Program-made: the position numbers and the translations under genes
In this document: piece by piece, positions 1 through 9,157 of the stretch
Position numbering within the stretch: position 1 is the first letter of the stretch
Layout: each line of letters starts with the position of its first letter
Notes under the pieces: generated by a model
What the model was told of the DNA's origin: nothing
What the model saw: only the letters and a program-made list of their open reading frames with translations
Database searches by the model: none
Origin: a virus
Lineage: Duplodnaviria > Caudoviricetes
DNA: 28,863 nucleotides
Reading direction: 5' to 3' (one strand)
IMG/VR virus record: IMGVR_UViG_3300017747_002435
Coordinates: 1-28,863 of that record

Positions 1-123
1 AGCTTTGAAATTTCAGCGGATGCTTTGCAGTCTTTTAACGAAAATATGGATTTAGAGCTTTTATTTGATTATTACGAAAATAGAACTCCTATAAACTTTT
101 CAGTAGCAAATCCATTATTTACA
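1..123. repeat. Terminal direct repeat copy 1 (circular-contig overlap)
   Basis: Identical to 28741-28863 and lies inside a reading frame that continues across the junction. Confidence 0.97.
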
Positions 124-246
124 GATGTTTATTTCACTGGGGAGGCTTTAATAACTTCAATTGAAGCAAATAGTCCAATGGAAGACGTTGCAACTTATTC
201 AATTACTTTGCAAGGGGATGGAGTTTTACAGAGCCTTGTTTCTTAA
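1..246 (+). CDS. Tail tube protein paralog 1, C-terminal part (starts at ATG 28576, 136 aa across the origin)
   Basis: Frame is continuous across the overlap: MSILNGSDLLLF...YGKRSFEISADAL...ITSIEANSPMEDVATYSITLQGDG; aligns by eye with 301..702. Confidence 0.85.
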   Translation, partial: SFEISADALQSFNENMDLELLFDYYENRTPINFSVANPLFTDVYFTGEALITSIEANSPMEDVATYSITLQGDGVLQSLVS

Positions 247-255
247 TTTGTTAAT

Positions 256-278
256 TGCTAAAAAAATTAGTATTTTTG
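256..278 (+). promoter_or_regulatory. Late-promoter motif: TGCTAAAAAAATTAG plus -7 element TATTTTTG
   Basis: Same motif at 18492, 21493 and 28540; TAnnTTTG is the Bacteroidota sigma70 -7 consensus. Confidence 0.75.
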
Positions 279-300
279 AATAACATTAAAATATAAAAAA

Positions 301-702
301 ATGGCAGTATTTAACGGAACTTTAACAGTTTTAAAAATGGATGGTACGCAGTTAGCAGAACTAACAAACGTTACTATGTCTATGACTTCAGATAATTTTG
401 AAACTACTTCTAAAGAAAGTGGTGGATATGCAGAATTTGCTTATGGCAAAAGAAGCGTAACTTATTCGGTTGAGGGATTAGCTGACTTCCAAGCATCAAA
501 CAAAGATTTAGCAGATTTATTTTCTGCGTGGACTTCAAGAACAGTTGTATCATTAGAGTGGACAAATGCAGTTTCAGGCGATAAGAAAGTAACTCAGAGT
601 GCTTTAATTTCAAGCATTGATGTAGACGCACCGATGGAAGATGTAGTTACTTATTCAGTAGAATTTCAAGGAACAGGAACTCCAACTATTGCAACTATCT
701 AA
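301..702 (+). CDS. Major tail tube protein (paralog 2)
   Basis: NG..L, ETTSK..GG, APMEDVVTYSVEFQGTG pattern of siphophage tail tube proteins; upstream of chaperones and tape measure. Confidence 0.88.
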   Translation: MAVFNGTLTVLKMDGTQLAELTNVTMSMTSDNFETTSKESGGYAEFAYGKRSVTYSVEGLADFQASNKDLADLFSAWTSRTVVSLEWTNAVSGDKKVTQSALISSIDVDAPMEDVVTYSVEFQGTGTPTIATI

Positions 703-1058
703 TGATTGAAATAAAACTAAATAACGAACTAAAAAGCCTAAAATTCAGTAATTACGCATTGGAGTGTTTTACTAAAATAACAGGCAGTGAGATTGGAGAG
801 ATTAAAGAAATATCGGAAGATTATACTCAATTAGATTTAATTGCCGATATTATTTATTCGGGGTTGATTGGTAATTGTAGAGCGACAAACACAAAGATTG
901 ATTTTACAAAAGAGGATGTTGTTTGTTGGGTGGATGATTTAAGCTATACAGATCAATTATTAGTTATTAAGGATTTTACAGAAAGTTGCTTAAAATTTAC
1001 TAATCAAATGTTAGACGCATTTAAAGCAATGCAAGCAGAGGGAGAAAAAAAAAAGTAG
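702..1058 (+). CDS. Tail assembly chaperone (lambda gpG-like)
   Basis: Lies between tube and tape measure; ends in an A10G slippery run just before TAG. Confidence 0.8.
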   Translation: MIEIKLNNELKSLKFSNYALECFTKITGSEIGEIKEISEDYTQLDLIADIIYSGLIGNCRATNTKIDFTKEDVVCWVDDLSYTDQLLVIKDFTESCLKFTNQMLDAFKAMQAEGEKKK

Positions 1059-1357
1059 ATTTTAGTGACTTGTTAGATATTGCGGTAATGGATTTAGGTC
1101 TGCTACCGCATTTTTTTTGGGAGATGACTTTAGTGGATTTTTACCGATATTATGTTTATAAACAAAAAGAGCAGGCAGAGGAATGGAATAGAACAAGGGT
1201 GTTAATGAGTTATATTTTAAATACTCAGGTAGAGAAAAAACATCAAAAGAAACCAAAGCAGATTTTGCCTTTGTGGATTGATAATATTGAAAAAGCTAAA
1301 AAGGTAAGAGAGTTTAAAGAAGAAGAAAAGGAAAAACTTAAGAAAATGATGCGATGA
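1045..1357 (+). CDS. Tail assembly chaperone -1 frameshift extension (gpGT-like)
   Basis: The -1 frame from the A-run 1045-1054 is open: VDFSDLLDIAVMDLGLLPHFFWEMTL; the LGL.P..FW.MT motif is typical of gpT-like domains. Confidence 0.8.
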
Positions 1358-3120
1358 ATGAAAAATTAACCGTACAAATAAGTGCCGACATAAAACAACT
1401 GGAAAACGAATTAAAAAAAGCAGGGTATGAGTTAAAAAAGTTTAATGAAGAAACTAATAACGCACCTAAAGGTTTTTCTGTAATAAATAGTGCTGCTAAA
1501 AATATGGCAGCTACAATAGCTGCTGCATTTACTGTTAATTCCATTATAAATTTTGGTAGAAGCGTAGCCGATATATCAGCTAAATTTCAAACATTTGAAG
1601 CAGTATTAAGCAATACATTAGGTAGTAGCAGTGCTGCCCAATTAGCTATGAAACAAATTTCAGAATTTGCTGCACAAACTCCTTTTCAAGTTGATGAACT
1701 TACATCATCATTTGTAAAACTTGCAAATCAGGGTTTTACTCCAACTGTTAATGAAATGCGCTCTTTAGGCGATTTAGCATCATCTACAGGTAAATCTTTT
1801 AATCAATTAGCAGAAGCTATTTTAGATGCTCAAACAGGCGAATTTGAAAGATTGAAAGAATTTGGCATTAGAGCATCAGCGGAGGGCGATAAAGTAAAAT
1901 TTACTTTTAAGGGTGTTACAACTGAAGTACAAAAAACTTCTGAAGCTATAAGAGAATATATTTTGTTATTAGGTAATGCAGAGGGTGTAACTGGTGCAAT
2001 GTCTAAAATATCAAATACATTAGGTGGAAGAATGTCTAATTTATCTGATAATGTTACTAATTTACAAAAAAATATAGGAGAATTAAATAGTGGTGCTTTA
2101 GTTGGGATGGTTACATTATTGCAAAAAGCAGTTGGTTATTTTACAGAATTAACAAATAAAAAATTAATTGAACAAAAATTAGCAATATCTGTTTCAATAA
2201 ATGGGGAAGAATCTCAAAAAATTGTTGATGATTATAATAAAGAAATTTCAAGAATAGGAGAAATAAAAGATAAAAATAAACTAACAGAGCATTTAAAATA
2301 TATAAATACAAATATGCAATTCTATCAGCAAGCTATGTTGGCAGAAACAGATGTATTTAAAAGAGATATATCTTTTGCATATTATAATTTATTTAAAGAA
2401 GCAAGAAAAGCAGCTAATGGTCAGATGAAATTAATAGAATCTGATTTGCAAAAAACAAATGCAAAATTATTAGAATTAGCTAAAGAACAAGAGAAAAAAA
2501 ATGCTTTTAAAAAATTAATATCTTTTAAAGATGAAAATATAAAAGCTGATCCTAATGAAATAATTGATTTAAGTCCATTAAATGAAGCTACAAAAGATAT
2601 AACAGATTTACAAGCACAAACTAATTTATTAACTGGTAACTTTAAAGAAATTGAACAAATCGGTGGACAAGCGTTTACAGCAATTCAATTACCTTTAACG
2701 CAAACAAACGAGTTAACAAAAGAACAAGTTGCAAACATTGAGAATATGGTACAATTGCTCGGTGGTGCTTTAACTTCTGCGTTTGATGCTGCATTAATAA
2801 ATGGGCAAAACTTTGTAGAAGTATTAATTAAAGCTATTGGAGATTTAATAAAAAGGTTAATAGCTGCGGTTGCTACGGCTGCAATTTTAACTGCAATTTT
2901 AAACACTTTTACGGCAGGTGGCGCTGGTGCTTTTGGTGGTTTTAAAGGTATTTTCGGTAAACTTATTGGTTTTGATTTTGGTGGGAAAAAACCTAATGTT
3001 GACAAGATAGTTTCGCCTGTTCCTACTACAAACAGCGGTTCTGTTTCATTTGAAATTAGGGGTGATAAATTATATGGAGTTTTACAAAATTATCAAGGTA
3101 GATTAAGCAGATTATCATAA
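1354..3120 (+). CDS. Tape measure protein
   Basis: 588 aa, Ala/Gly-rich and helical; FAAQTPFQVDEL...LGDLAS..G...GEFERLKEFGI tape-measure domain; position. Confidence 0.93.
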   Translation: MNEKLTVQISADIKQLENELKKAGYELKKFNEETNNAPKGFSVINSAAKNMAATIAAAFTVNSIINFGRSVADISAKFQTFEAVLSNTLGSSSAAQLAMKQISEFAAQTPFQVDELTSSFVKLANQGFTPTVNEMRSLGDLASSTGKSFNQLAEAILDAQTGEFERLKEFGIRASAEGDKVKFTFKGVTTEVQKTSEAIREYILLLGNAEGVTGAMSKISNTLGGRMSNLSDNVTNLQKNIGELNSGALVGMVTLLQKAVGYFTELTNKKLIEQKLAISVSINGEESQKIVDDYNKEISRIGEIKDKNKLTEHLKYINTNMQFYQQAMLAETDVFKRDISFAYYNLFKEARKAANGQMKLIESDLQKTNAKLLELAKEQEKKNAFKKLISFKDENIKADPNEIIDLSPLNEATKDITDLQAQTNLLTGNFKEIEQIGGQAFTAIQLPLTQTNELTKEQVANIENMVQLLGGALTSAFDAALINGQNFVEVLIKAIGDLIKRLIAAVATAAILTAILNTFTAGGAGAFGGFKGIFGKLIGFDFGGKKPNVDKIVSPVPTTNSGSVSFEIRGDKLYGVLQNYQGRLSRLS

Positions 3121-5408
3121 TGGCGTACAATTACAAATACAAAATGGAATGGGTTGGCTTAAAACAAGCTAATGGGAATGCCTATTATTATCGTTTAGAA
3201 TTTTATAGAAAAGAAGAAACAGAAATTGAATACAATGTAATTTCATTAACAGCTTCAAATACTCCTTTTATTTTAAATTACAATGCTAAATCAGATTTTG
3301 TATTTGAACCATTTAGATATTCAAGTGCGGAAATTAATTTTTTTTTAAAGGGTGGAAGCACTGTAATCCCTGAAGATTTTTTTCAAGACATAGACAATAA
3401 AAGTTATAAGGTAATATTAAAATTAATTGATGTTGCAAATAATACAGAAACTTCATTGTGGAGTGGGTTTTTATTAAATGATGATATTGAATATGAATAC
3501 CAATATGATATTTATTTAAGACTTACAGCAACGGACAATTTAGCTATATTAAAAGAATATAAATATAGTGAAGACAACAAATTTTCTATGTACACGTCAC
3601 AAGATGTTTATACTGGTATAAGTATAAAAGATTTTGTTATTAGATGTTTAAACTATATAGGTTTAGATTTAGATGTAAAATTTGCGTTTAATTTATATGA
3701 AGAGGAAGAAATAAGAAACGAAACAAATATGTATATAAGCGAATATGCTTGTATAGACTGGTCAAAAAAATATCCTTATGATATTGAATATTTATTGTCT
3801 TCATTATTAAAATCATTAGGTTTAATTTTATATCAGGACAATAGAGATAATACTTGGGTAATTCTTAATATAAATGAAATAGGAACAAGTGTAAATAATA
3901 CAGTAACCTATAGAAAATACGATTATTTAGGTAATTATATAGAAAGTTCAAATTATGATATTAGTGGTAAAATTAATACTAATGTTGATGATTTTAAATT
4001 TAGTGACACTAATCAAATTGTTACTTTAAGAAAAAGATATGATGGAGTTAAGTTAAAATATCCATTTATAAGAAAAAACATTTGTCAAAATTATTCTTTT
4101 TTTAAAGAAACTGCTGGAGTACCTGATAATTGGAGTTTAATAAGTACAATTGATGCACAAGTTCAAGACATATTATACAATTATCCTTATGACAGCAATG
4201 TTTTAAATATAAGTGCTGAAGATAATGATGCAAACCCAGTTGATGGAACGATGTATGCTGATATGATTTTTGATTTTAATAGATATAAAGTTTCACAAAA
4301 TACAATTTTCAGCCCTGTTCAATTTTTGATAAAGTTTGACTATCAGTTTTTAAACGCAGATCCAATTGATGGTTTTAATATTAGTTTTTATGCTGAAAGG
4401 CCAACAGGAGATTTGGTTACTTTTGACGAAAATGGTACTTGGAGTATAAATTCAATTTCAGATATAACAAGAAACAACCCAGTAAGAATACCAGTATTTA
4501 ATGGGAATCAATTAACATCATCATCAAAAATAACTAAATGGAACTCGTTTAGAGTATTAAGTAAAGGAATTTATAATGGTAATTTTCCTGAATTAAATCA
4601 AATATTATTATTATTTAGACCATTAAGAACTTCAAGTGTAAGTGGAATAAAATCTTATAATATAGATAATGTTGTAGTAAATTTAAATATTTTTGCGTCT
4701 GATTTATTTTTAAAAAATATAAGTTACATATCAACACAACGATATACTATTTCAGAAATATCTCCATCATATCAAACAAATACTAAAATTATAGAATCAA
4801 AATTTCATATAAAAGATGAGTATTCTGCTATAATTGAAGAAGATTGTATTTGGACTTTATATAATGATGGTATAAATGATTATATACAAACTACTAATAA
4901 TTGGACAAGAAAATGGGAAACACATACAGAAAACAATTATAAGTTTTTAAATTGTTTAACTACTTCGTCAATTTTATCATTTTATAGAAATGTTGGGCAT
5001 ATAATTGATGGAAATGTGTATGCAGAACAAACTCCTATAATTGCAAAACCATTTGCTTTTCCAATGTATTTAGGTATTAGTTCTATTAATAATAAACAAG
5101 CATCAATTGATGTTATAAATTCTTTTGAAACTTATGTGTTAAATGATTTAGGAACAATAGAAACTACAACCTGTGATGGAGATTTTGTTTATGAATTTAA
5201 TAGACCTTTAAGTAATTTCTTTATGCACGAGGCGTCATTTGATTATTATACAAATAAAACAAATTGCAATTTACAAGAAGATTTTACCTCTACGGATGAA
5301 ACTAATTTTTTTGCAGATTTAGGAGAATCCGAGCGATTAGATAATAGTAATATGGGTACAATTGGAAGTAACACAGGAGATACACAGGTAGATATAACAG
5401 GAGGTTAA
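3120..5408 (+). CDS. Tail tip/baseplate-type structural protein
   Basis: 762 aa directly after tape measure; W.GF...LTATDNLAILK motif seen in Bacteroidota phage tail proteins. Confidence 0.65.
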   Translation: MAYNYKYKMEWVGLKQANGNAYYYRLEFYRKEETEIEYNVISLTASNTPFILNYNAKSDFVFEPFRYSSAEINFFLKGGSTVIPEDFFQDIDNKSYKVILKLIDVANNTETSLWSGFLLNDDIEYEYQYDIYLRLTATDNLAILKEYKYSEDNKFSMYTSQDVYTGISIKDFVIRCLNYIGLDLDVKFAFNLYEEEEIRNETNMYISEYACIDWSKKYPYDIEYLLSSLLKSLGLILYQDNRDNTWVILNINEIGTSVNNTVTYRKYDYLGNYIESSNYDISGKINTNVDDFKFSDTNQIVTLRKRYDGVKLKYPFIRKNICQNYSFFKETAGVPDNWSLISTIDAQVQDILYNYPYDSNVLNISAEDNDANPVDGTMYADMIFDFNRYKVSQNTIFSPVQFLIKFDYQFLNADPIDGFNISFYAERPTGDLVTFDENGTWSINSISDITRNNPVRIPVFNGNQLTSSSKITKWNSFRVLSKGIYNGNFPELNQILLLFRPLRTSSVSGIKSYNIDNVVVNLNIFASDLFLKNISYISTQRYTISEISPSYQTNTKIIESKFHIKDEYSAIIEEDCIWTLYNDGINDYIQTTNNWTRKWETHTENNYKFLNCLTTSSILSFYRNVGHIIDGNVYAEQTPIIAKPFAFPMYLGISSINNKQASIDVINSFETYVLNDLGTIETTTCDGDFVYEFNRPLSNFFMHEASFDYYTNKTNCNLQEDFTSTDETNFFADLGESERLDNSNMGTIGSNTGDTQVDITGG

Positions 5409-5410
5409 AA

Positions 5411-5662
5411 ATGAAAGATATTGAAGAATTAAGAGAATTAAATAATCAAATGGCTAAATGTTTATTAGCAATTGATAGAATAGAAGAAGCGTTATTAGGC
5501 AACGAGTTTAACGACAACGGAATAGTGAAACGCATTAATCAAATGGAAGCTAAATTAAAACGATTAGATAGGGCGTTTTACATACTTTTAGGTATTGTAA
5601 CTTGTGGTGCTTATCCGGTGGCTTTAAAATTTTTACCAGTTATAAAACAATATTTAAAATGA
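5411..5662 (+). CDS. Membrane protein, coiled coil plus C-terminal TM (holin/antiholin-like)
   Basis: Hydrophobic AFYILLGIVTCGAYPVAL segment; in the lysis cassette. Confidence 0.55.
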   Translation: MKDIEELRELNNQMAKCLLAIDRIEEALLGNEFNDNGIVKRINQMEAKLKRLDRAFYILLGIVTCGAYPVALKFLPVIKQYLK

Positions 5663-5850
5663 ACAAGAAACTTACAACAAATTACAAAACTACGATTTTG
5701 GGTATTACGTTGGCAATTTTAATGAGTTGGCAAAATTTAGATATTGAACATCCATTTTCGCCAAAAAGTATATTTTCATTAACCGTATCGGCTGCGGTTG
5801 CAACATTAGGGTTTTTACTAAAAGACGATATTTTAAATGGTAGTAAATAA
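5659..5850 (+). CDS. Putative holin (2 TM)
   Basis: ATG 5659 overlaps the previous stop (ATGA); NYKTTILG plus two hydrophobic segments; directly upstream of lysozyme. Confidence 0.65.
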   Translation: MNKKLTTNYKTTILGITLAILMSWQNLDIEHPFSPKSIFSLTVSAAVATLGFLLKDDILNGSK

Positions 5851-6280
5851 AAAAGGAATTAACCTAATTAAGCAATTTGAGGGTTTTAGAAGTGATGCCT
5901 ATTTATGCCCTGCTAATATTTGGACAATTGGATATGGCAATACAAGAGGATTAGATGGCAAACCAATAAAAAAAGGCGATAAGATAAGCAAGGAAGACGC
6001 CGAAAAATTATTAATAAAAGAAGTTGAGGAATTTGCTAATGGCGTTAAAAAACTTCTAAAAGTTAAACTTAACGAAAATCAATTTAGTGCGTTGGTTTCT
6101 TTTGCTTATAACGTTGGATTGGGCAATTTAAAGGTTTCTACGCTATTAAAATTGGTTAATTTAATGCCGACATCGGATGCTATTTATACGCAGTTTTTAC
6201 GATGGACAAAGGCAAATGGCAAAGAATTAGCAGGTTTAAAAACGAGAAGAGTGGCAGAGGCTAATTTATATTTTTTCTAA
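5837..6280 (+). CDS. Endolysin, GH24 phage lysozyme
   Basis: FEG..AYLCPANIWTIGYG, NQFSALVSFAYNVG and GLKTRRVAE motifs. Confidence 0.95.
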   Translation: MVVNKKGINLIKQFEGFRSDAYLCPANIWTIGYGNTRGLDGKPIKKGDKISKEDAEKLLIKEVEEFANGVKKLLKVKLNENQFSALVSFAYNVGLGNLKVSTLLKLVNLMPTSDAIYTQFLRWTKANGKELAGLKTRRVAEANLYFF

Positions 6281-6328
6281 ATATAAAATAAATTACTTAA
6301 TTTAGCGATAAGTGCTTAATTTTAAGTT

Positions 6329-6460
6329 ATGTTTCGTAACGAAGACTTATTAAATTGGAACGGAATAATTACATATTGGCAAATTATTAAAGATATTGCC
6401 GACCCAAAAGAATGTATGTTTGCTACGGAAGAAGAAATTTTATTATATAACTCTATATGA
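6329..6460 (+). CDS. Small hypothetical protein (43 aa)
   Basis: ATG 6329, with TGA overlapping the next ATG (ATGA coupling). Confidence 0.5.
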   Translation: MFRNEDLLNWNGIITYWQIIKDIADPKECMFATEEEILLYNSI

Positions 6461-7302
6461 TACCAAGAATCAGACTAAAAGAAAAAGAATATAATTACCT
6501 AATGAATAGGAGGTTATATGATAAAAAACTATACAAAGTTTTGATTTTTTCTGATGTTCACGGTTGGTTGGCTGACTTAAAAGCATTACGAGCAATAAAC
6601 CAAGTATTACAAAACAACGATTTTGACGAAGTATGTATTAATGGCGATTTGGTAGATATGCCTTATCTTTCAAAACATACCCAAAAATTATACCCTGATG
6701 GAATCCTTAACGGATATACAGAGATTGAAGAAATTAATTACACTTATGAGCAAATTTTAAAGCCTTTAAGATTAAGCACAAATGCAAACATAAGGGTAAG
6801 AATTGGTAACCACGATGAACGAATAACAAAGCCGAATTTATTAGGCGATAAACAATTAAAAAACCTTGCAATTCTTTATAAAAATTTTGAAACTACAAAG
6901 TTTGAAGAAATGCTAAAATTTAAAGATTTAGACATGATTTACGATCCAAGTGATGTATTTACCTATTTTGATAAATTTGACGTTGTACACGGTCTTAAAT
7001 TAGCTAAAAATGCAGCAGAGCAAAACATTAAAGATTATATGAGTTCGGGAAGTTCGGGACATACACATAGGCTAAATTCTAAATTTTTAACTAATCGAAA
7101 AGCACCTTATGTATGGTTTGAAAGTGGATGTACAAGAATTAAAGAACAAGTTGAATATTTGCCTACTGGAGTAGTCGCAGATTGGCAACAAGGATTTGTA
7201 ACTGTTCATTTTATGGTTGATGGCGATAGTGTAAGATTTTACGGACAGCCGACAATAATTTTAGATGGTAAATGTTATTATAACGGAGTAATATATGGTT
7301 GA
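6457..7302 (+). CDS. Calcineurin-like metallophosphoesterase
   Basis: SDVH, NGDLVD, GNHD, HG and GHTH metal-binding motifs in order. Confidence 0.9.
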   Translation: MIPRIRLKEKEYNYLMNRRLYDKKLYKVLIFSDVHGWLADLKALRAINQVLQNNDFDEVCINGDLVDMPYLSKHTQKLYPDGILNGYTEIEEINYTYEQILKPLRLSTNANIRVRIGNHDERITKPNLLGDKQLKNLAILYKNFETTKFEEMLKFKDLDMIYDPSDVFTYFDKFDVVHGLKLAKNAAEQNIKDYMSSGSSGHTHRLNSKFLTNRKAPYVWFESGCTRIKEQVEYLPTGVVADWQQGFVTVHFMVDGDSVRFYGQPTIILDGKCYYNGVIYG

Positions 7303-7486
7303 GGATGAAGAAAAAGAAATAGAAGACAGTCAGTTAAGTTTAGAATTAACTACTTTTGTGGATTGTTTAGCAGCATTGGAAAACTGCGATTTTAACTTAT
7401 TTCCTAAAGACAAACAAGAAATACAAACTAAATTAATAAAATTGATTAAACAACGATTAGAATTTTTGGATTTTGAAGAAGATTGA
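7295..7486 (+). CDS. Acidic hypothetical protein
   Basis: ORF coupled to the upstream gene. Confidence 0.6.
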   Translation: MVEDEEKEIEDSQLSLELTTFVDCLAALENCDFNLFPKDKQEIQTKLIKLIKQRLEFLDFEED

Positions 7487-7560
7487 TAAATTAATTGAAA
7501 AAAAATTACTTTTAGAATTAGAAATTAAAAAAATAAAACATCAAATAAGGCTTTTGCAGA

Positions 7561-7950
7561 ATGAAAAAATCAACAAACTTAAAGGAAAAGTTAGATAAAG
7601 TTTTTTCGTTGTATATTCGCCTCCGTGATTCAGATGAAAATGGTTTTTGCACTTGCTACACTTGTGGCAAAGTAGCACATTATAAAGAAATGCAGAATGG
7701 ACATTTTTGGAGTAGAACGCACTTATCAACAAGATTTAACGAAGATAATTGCAAGGTACAGTGCGTTGGATGCAATATTTTTAAAAAAGGTAATTACATT
7801 GTATATACAAAAAAATTACTTAAAGAATTAGGGGAAAAAAAGTTTGACGAGTTAGAACGATTAAAGAACTCTACTGTAAAAATCAGTAAGGCAGAATACG
7901 AACAAATGATAGAACATTATAACCAAAAAATTAAAGAATATGGAGTATAA
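7561..7950 (+). CDS. ninG: NinG/Rap-like recombination endonuclease
   Basis: FSLYIRLRD...CYTCG...GHF.SR....TRF.EDN...QCVGCN pattern. Confidence 0.88.
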   Translation: MKKSTNLKEKLDKVFSLYIRLRDSDENGFCTCYTCGKVAHYKEMQNGHFWSRTHLSTRFNEDNCKVQCVGCNIFKKGNYIVYTKKLLKELGEKKFDELERLKNSTVKISKAEYEQMIEHYNQKIKEYGV

Positions 7951-8146
7951 AAGTGACGCAACAAAGCCTGAACACTACAATATGCCTATAACACCTTTAG
8001 AGTTTATAGTTAAAAACAATTTAGGATTTATAGTGGGTAACATAATAAAATACATTTGTCGTTACCAAAGAAAAAATGGAATAGAGGACTTAAAAAAAGC
8101 ACAGGAATATTTAACTCAATTAATTGACTATGAAACTAACAGATAA
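7940..8146 (+). CDS. DUF3310-family protein
   Basis: P.HY...GNIIKYICRY..KNGIEDLKKA..YL. Confidence 0.85.
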   Translation: MEYKSDATKPEHYNMPITPLEFIVKNNLGFIVGNIIKYICRYQRKNGIEDLKKAQEYLTQLIDYETNR

Positions 8147-8369
8147 ATTAAGATCCGATGGATGGAAAGATATTAACGGAGGGTTATTTGCAAATACTTT
8201 TGATTATTTATTTTTAGAAAAAGGGAATTTTAGATTTGAATATGATGGGGACTTACACATAATGTATGCTGATTTAAAAAAATATCATAATGATGCTAAT
8301 ACTTCTACTAAAATTATAGGCGTTACATATAATCAAATACAACAGATTTTAAGACTATGCGAAGAATAA
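8130..8369 (+). CDS. Hypothetical protein
   Basis: ORF track; ATG at 8130. Confidence 0.6.
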   Translation: MKLTDKLRSDGWKDINGGLFANTFDYLFLEKGNFRFEYDGDLHIMYADLKKYHNDANTSTKIIGVTYNQIQQILRLCEE

Positions 8370-8719
8370 CATATATATTCTTATTTCTTATTTTAAGCGC
8401 TTGTAAGGCAAAGAAAATTGAAAAGGTAGAAACTATAACGCAAGAGGTTTTTAGGGACACCGGAAGCGTAAAAACAATAACGACGACTGAATATGTACAT
8501 TATTACGACACAATTACTAAAATGCTTTACGTTTACCCAAAATTTAAGGTTGAAAACAAGGAAGAAAAAAAAGCAATAACACAAGAAAAGAAAGAAGAAA
8601 AAAAAGAAACAAAACGAGAAGTTGAGCATAAGGCTGTAAATAACTTAAAACTAATATTTTGGCTTATTTTTGCTTTAATTGTGTCAATTTTAATAAATAT
8701 TTGGAAGTTTATTAAATAA
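8357..8719 (+). CDS. Lipoprotein with C-terminal TM (candidate unimolecular spanin)
   Basis: Signal peptide MRRITYIFLFLILSA-C (lipobox) and C-terminal LIFWLIFALIVSILINIW. Confidence 0.65.
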   Translation: MRRITYIFLFLILSACKAKKIEKVETITQEVFRDTGSVKTITTTEYVHYYDTITKMLYVYPKFKVENKEEKKAITQEKKEEKKETKREVEHKAVNNLKLIFWLIFALIVSILINIWKFIK

Positions 8720-8733
8720 TTGCGATATTTGTA

Positions 8734-8830
8734 ATAACGAAGTAGACAGCGTTATAAAAAGCTATTATTGTTTTTATTATAACCTACAGCCTTGTTCTCT
8801 GTCTACATTAGTGCAAGGCTTTTTTATTTT
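8734..8830 (+). promoter_or_regulatory. Structured leader: hairpin plus terminator-like hairpin with complementary loops
   Basis: ATAACG/CGTTAT stem with loop GTAGACAG (8742-8749); AGCCTTGT/GCAAGGCT stem followed by a T-run, with loop CTGTCTAC (8799-8806). Confidence 0.6.
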
Positions 8831-8844
8831 ATAATAATTTAATA

Positions 8845-9153
8845 ATGGAACAAAAAACACTTCAAAGATTAATAGATAATTTTAGCCATATTCAAGGCTC
8901 AAAAGATTTTATTTTATTATCTTATGTTTCATTTCGAGATTTATTTAAATCTAAAGAAATTAAAAAATTTATTGAAGGTATATTGAAGCAAAAATATTTT
9001 GCTAATGGTATTTCTATATCTAAAGAGGAAATTTCTAAAATGATTTTTCATTGGAATTTAGTTTTACTATCAAAAAAAAATAAGTTTGAAAGATACCATA
9101 GGGAGAAATTTACAATAAAAGCATTAAAAATAATTTTAAATAATATACAATAA
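8845..9153 (+). CDS. Hypothetical basic protein
   Basis: ORF track; follows the structured leader. Confidence 0.55.
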   Translation: MEQKTLQRLIDNFSHIQGSKDFILLSYVSFRDLFKSKEIKKFIEGILKQKYFANGISISKEEISKMIFHWNLVLLSKKNKFERYHREKFTIKALKIILNNIQ

Positions 9154-9157
9154 ATAG

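Noticed and set aside
1-123. 123-bp terminal repeat as a biological DTR or att site
   Set aside because: It falls mid-gene with a continuous frame across the junction, typical of assembler overlap on a circular contig.
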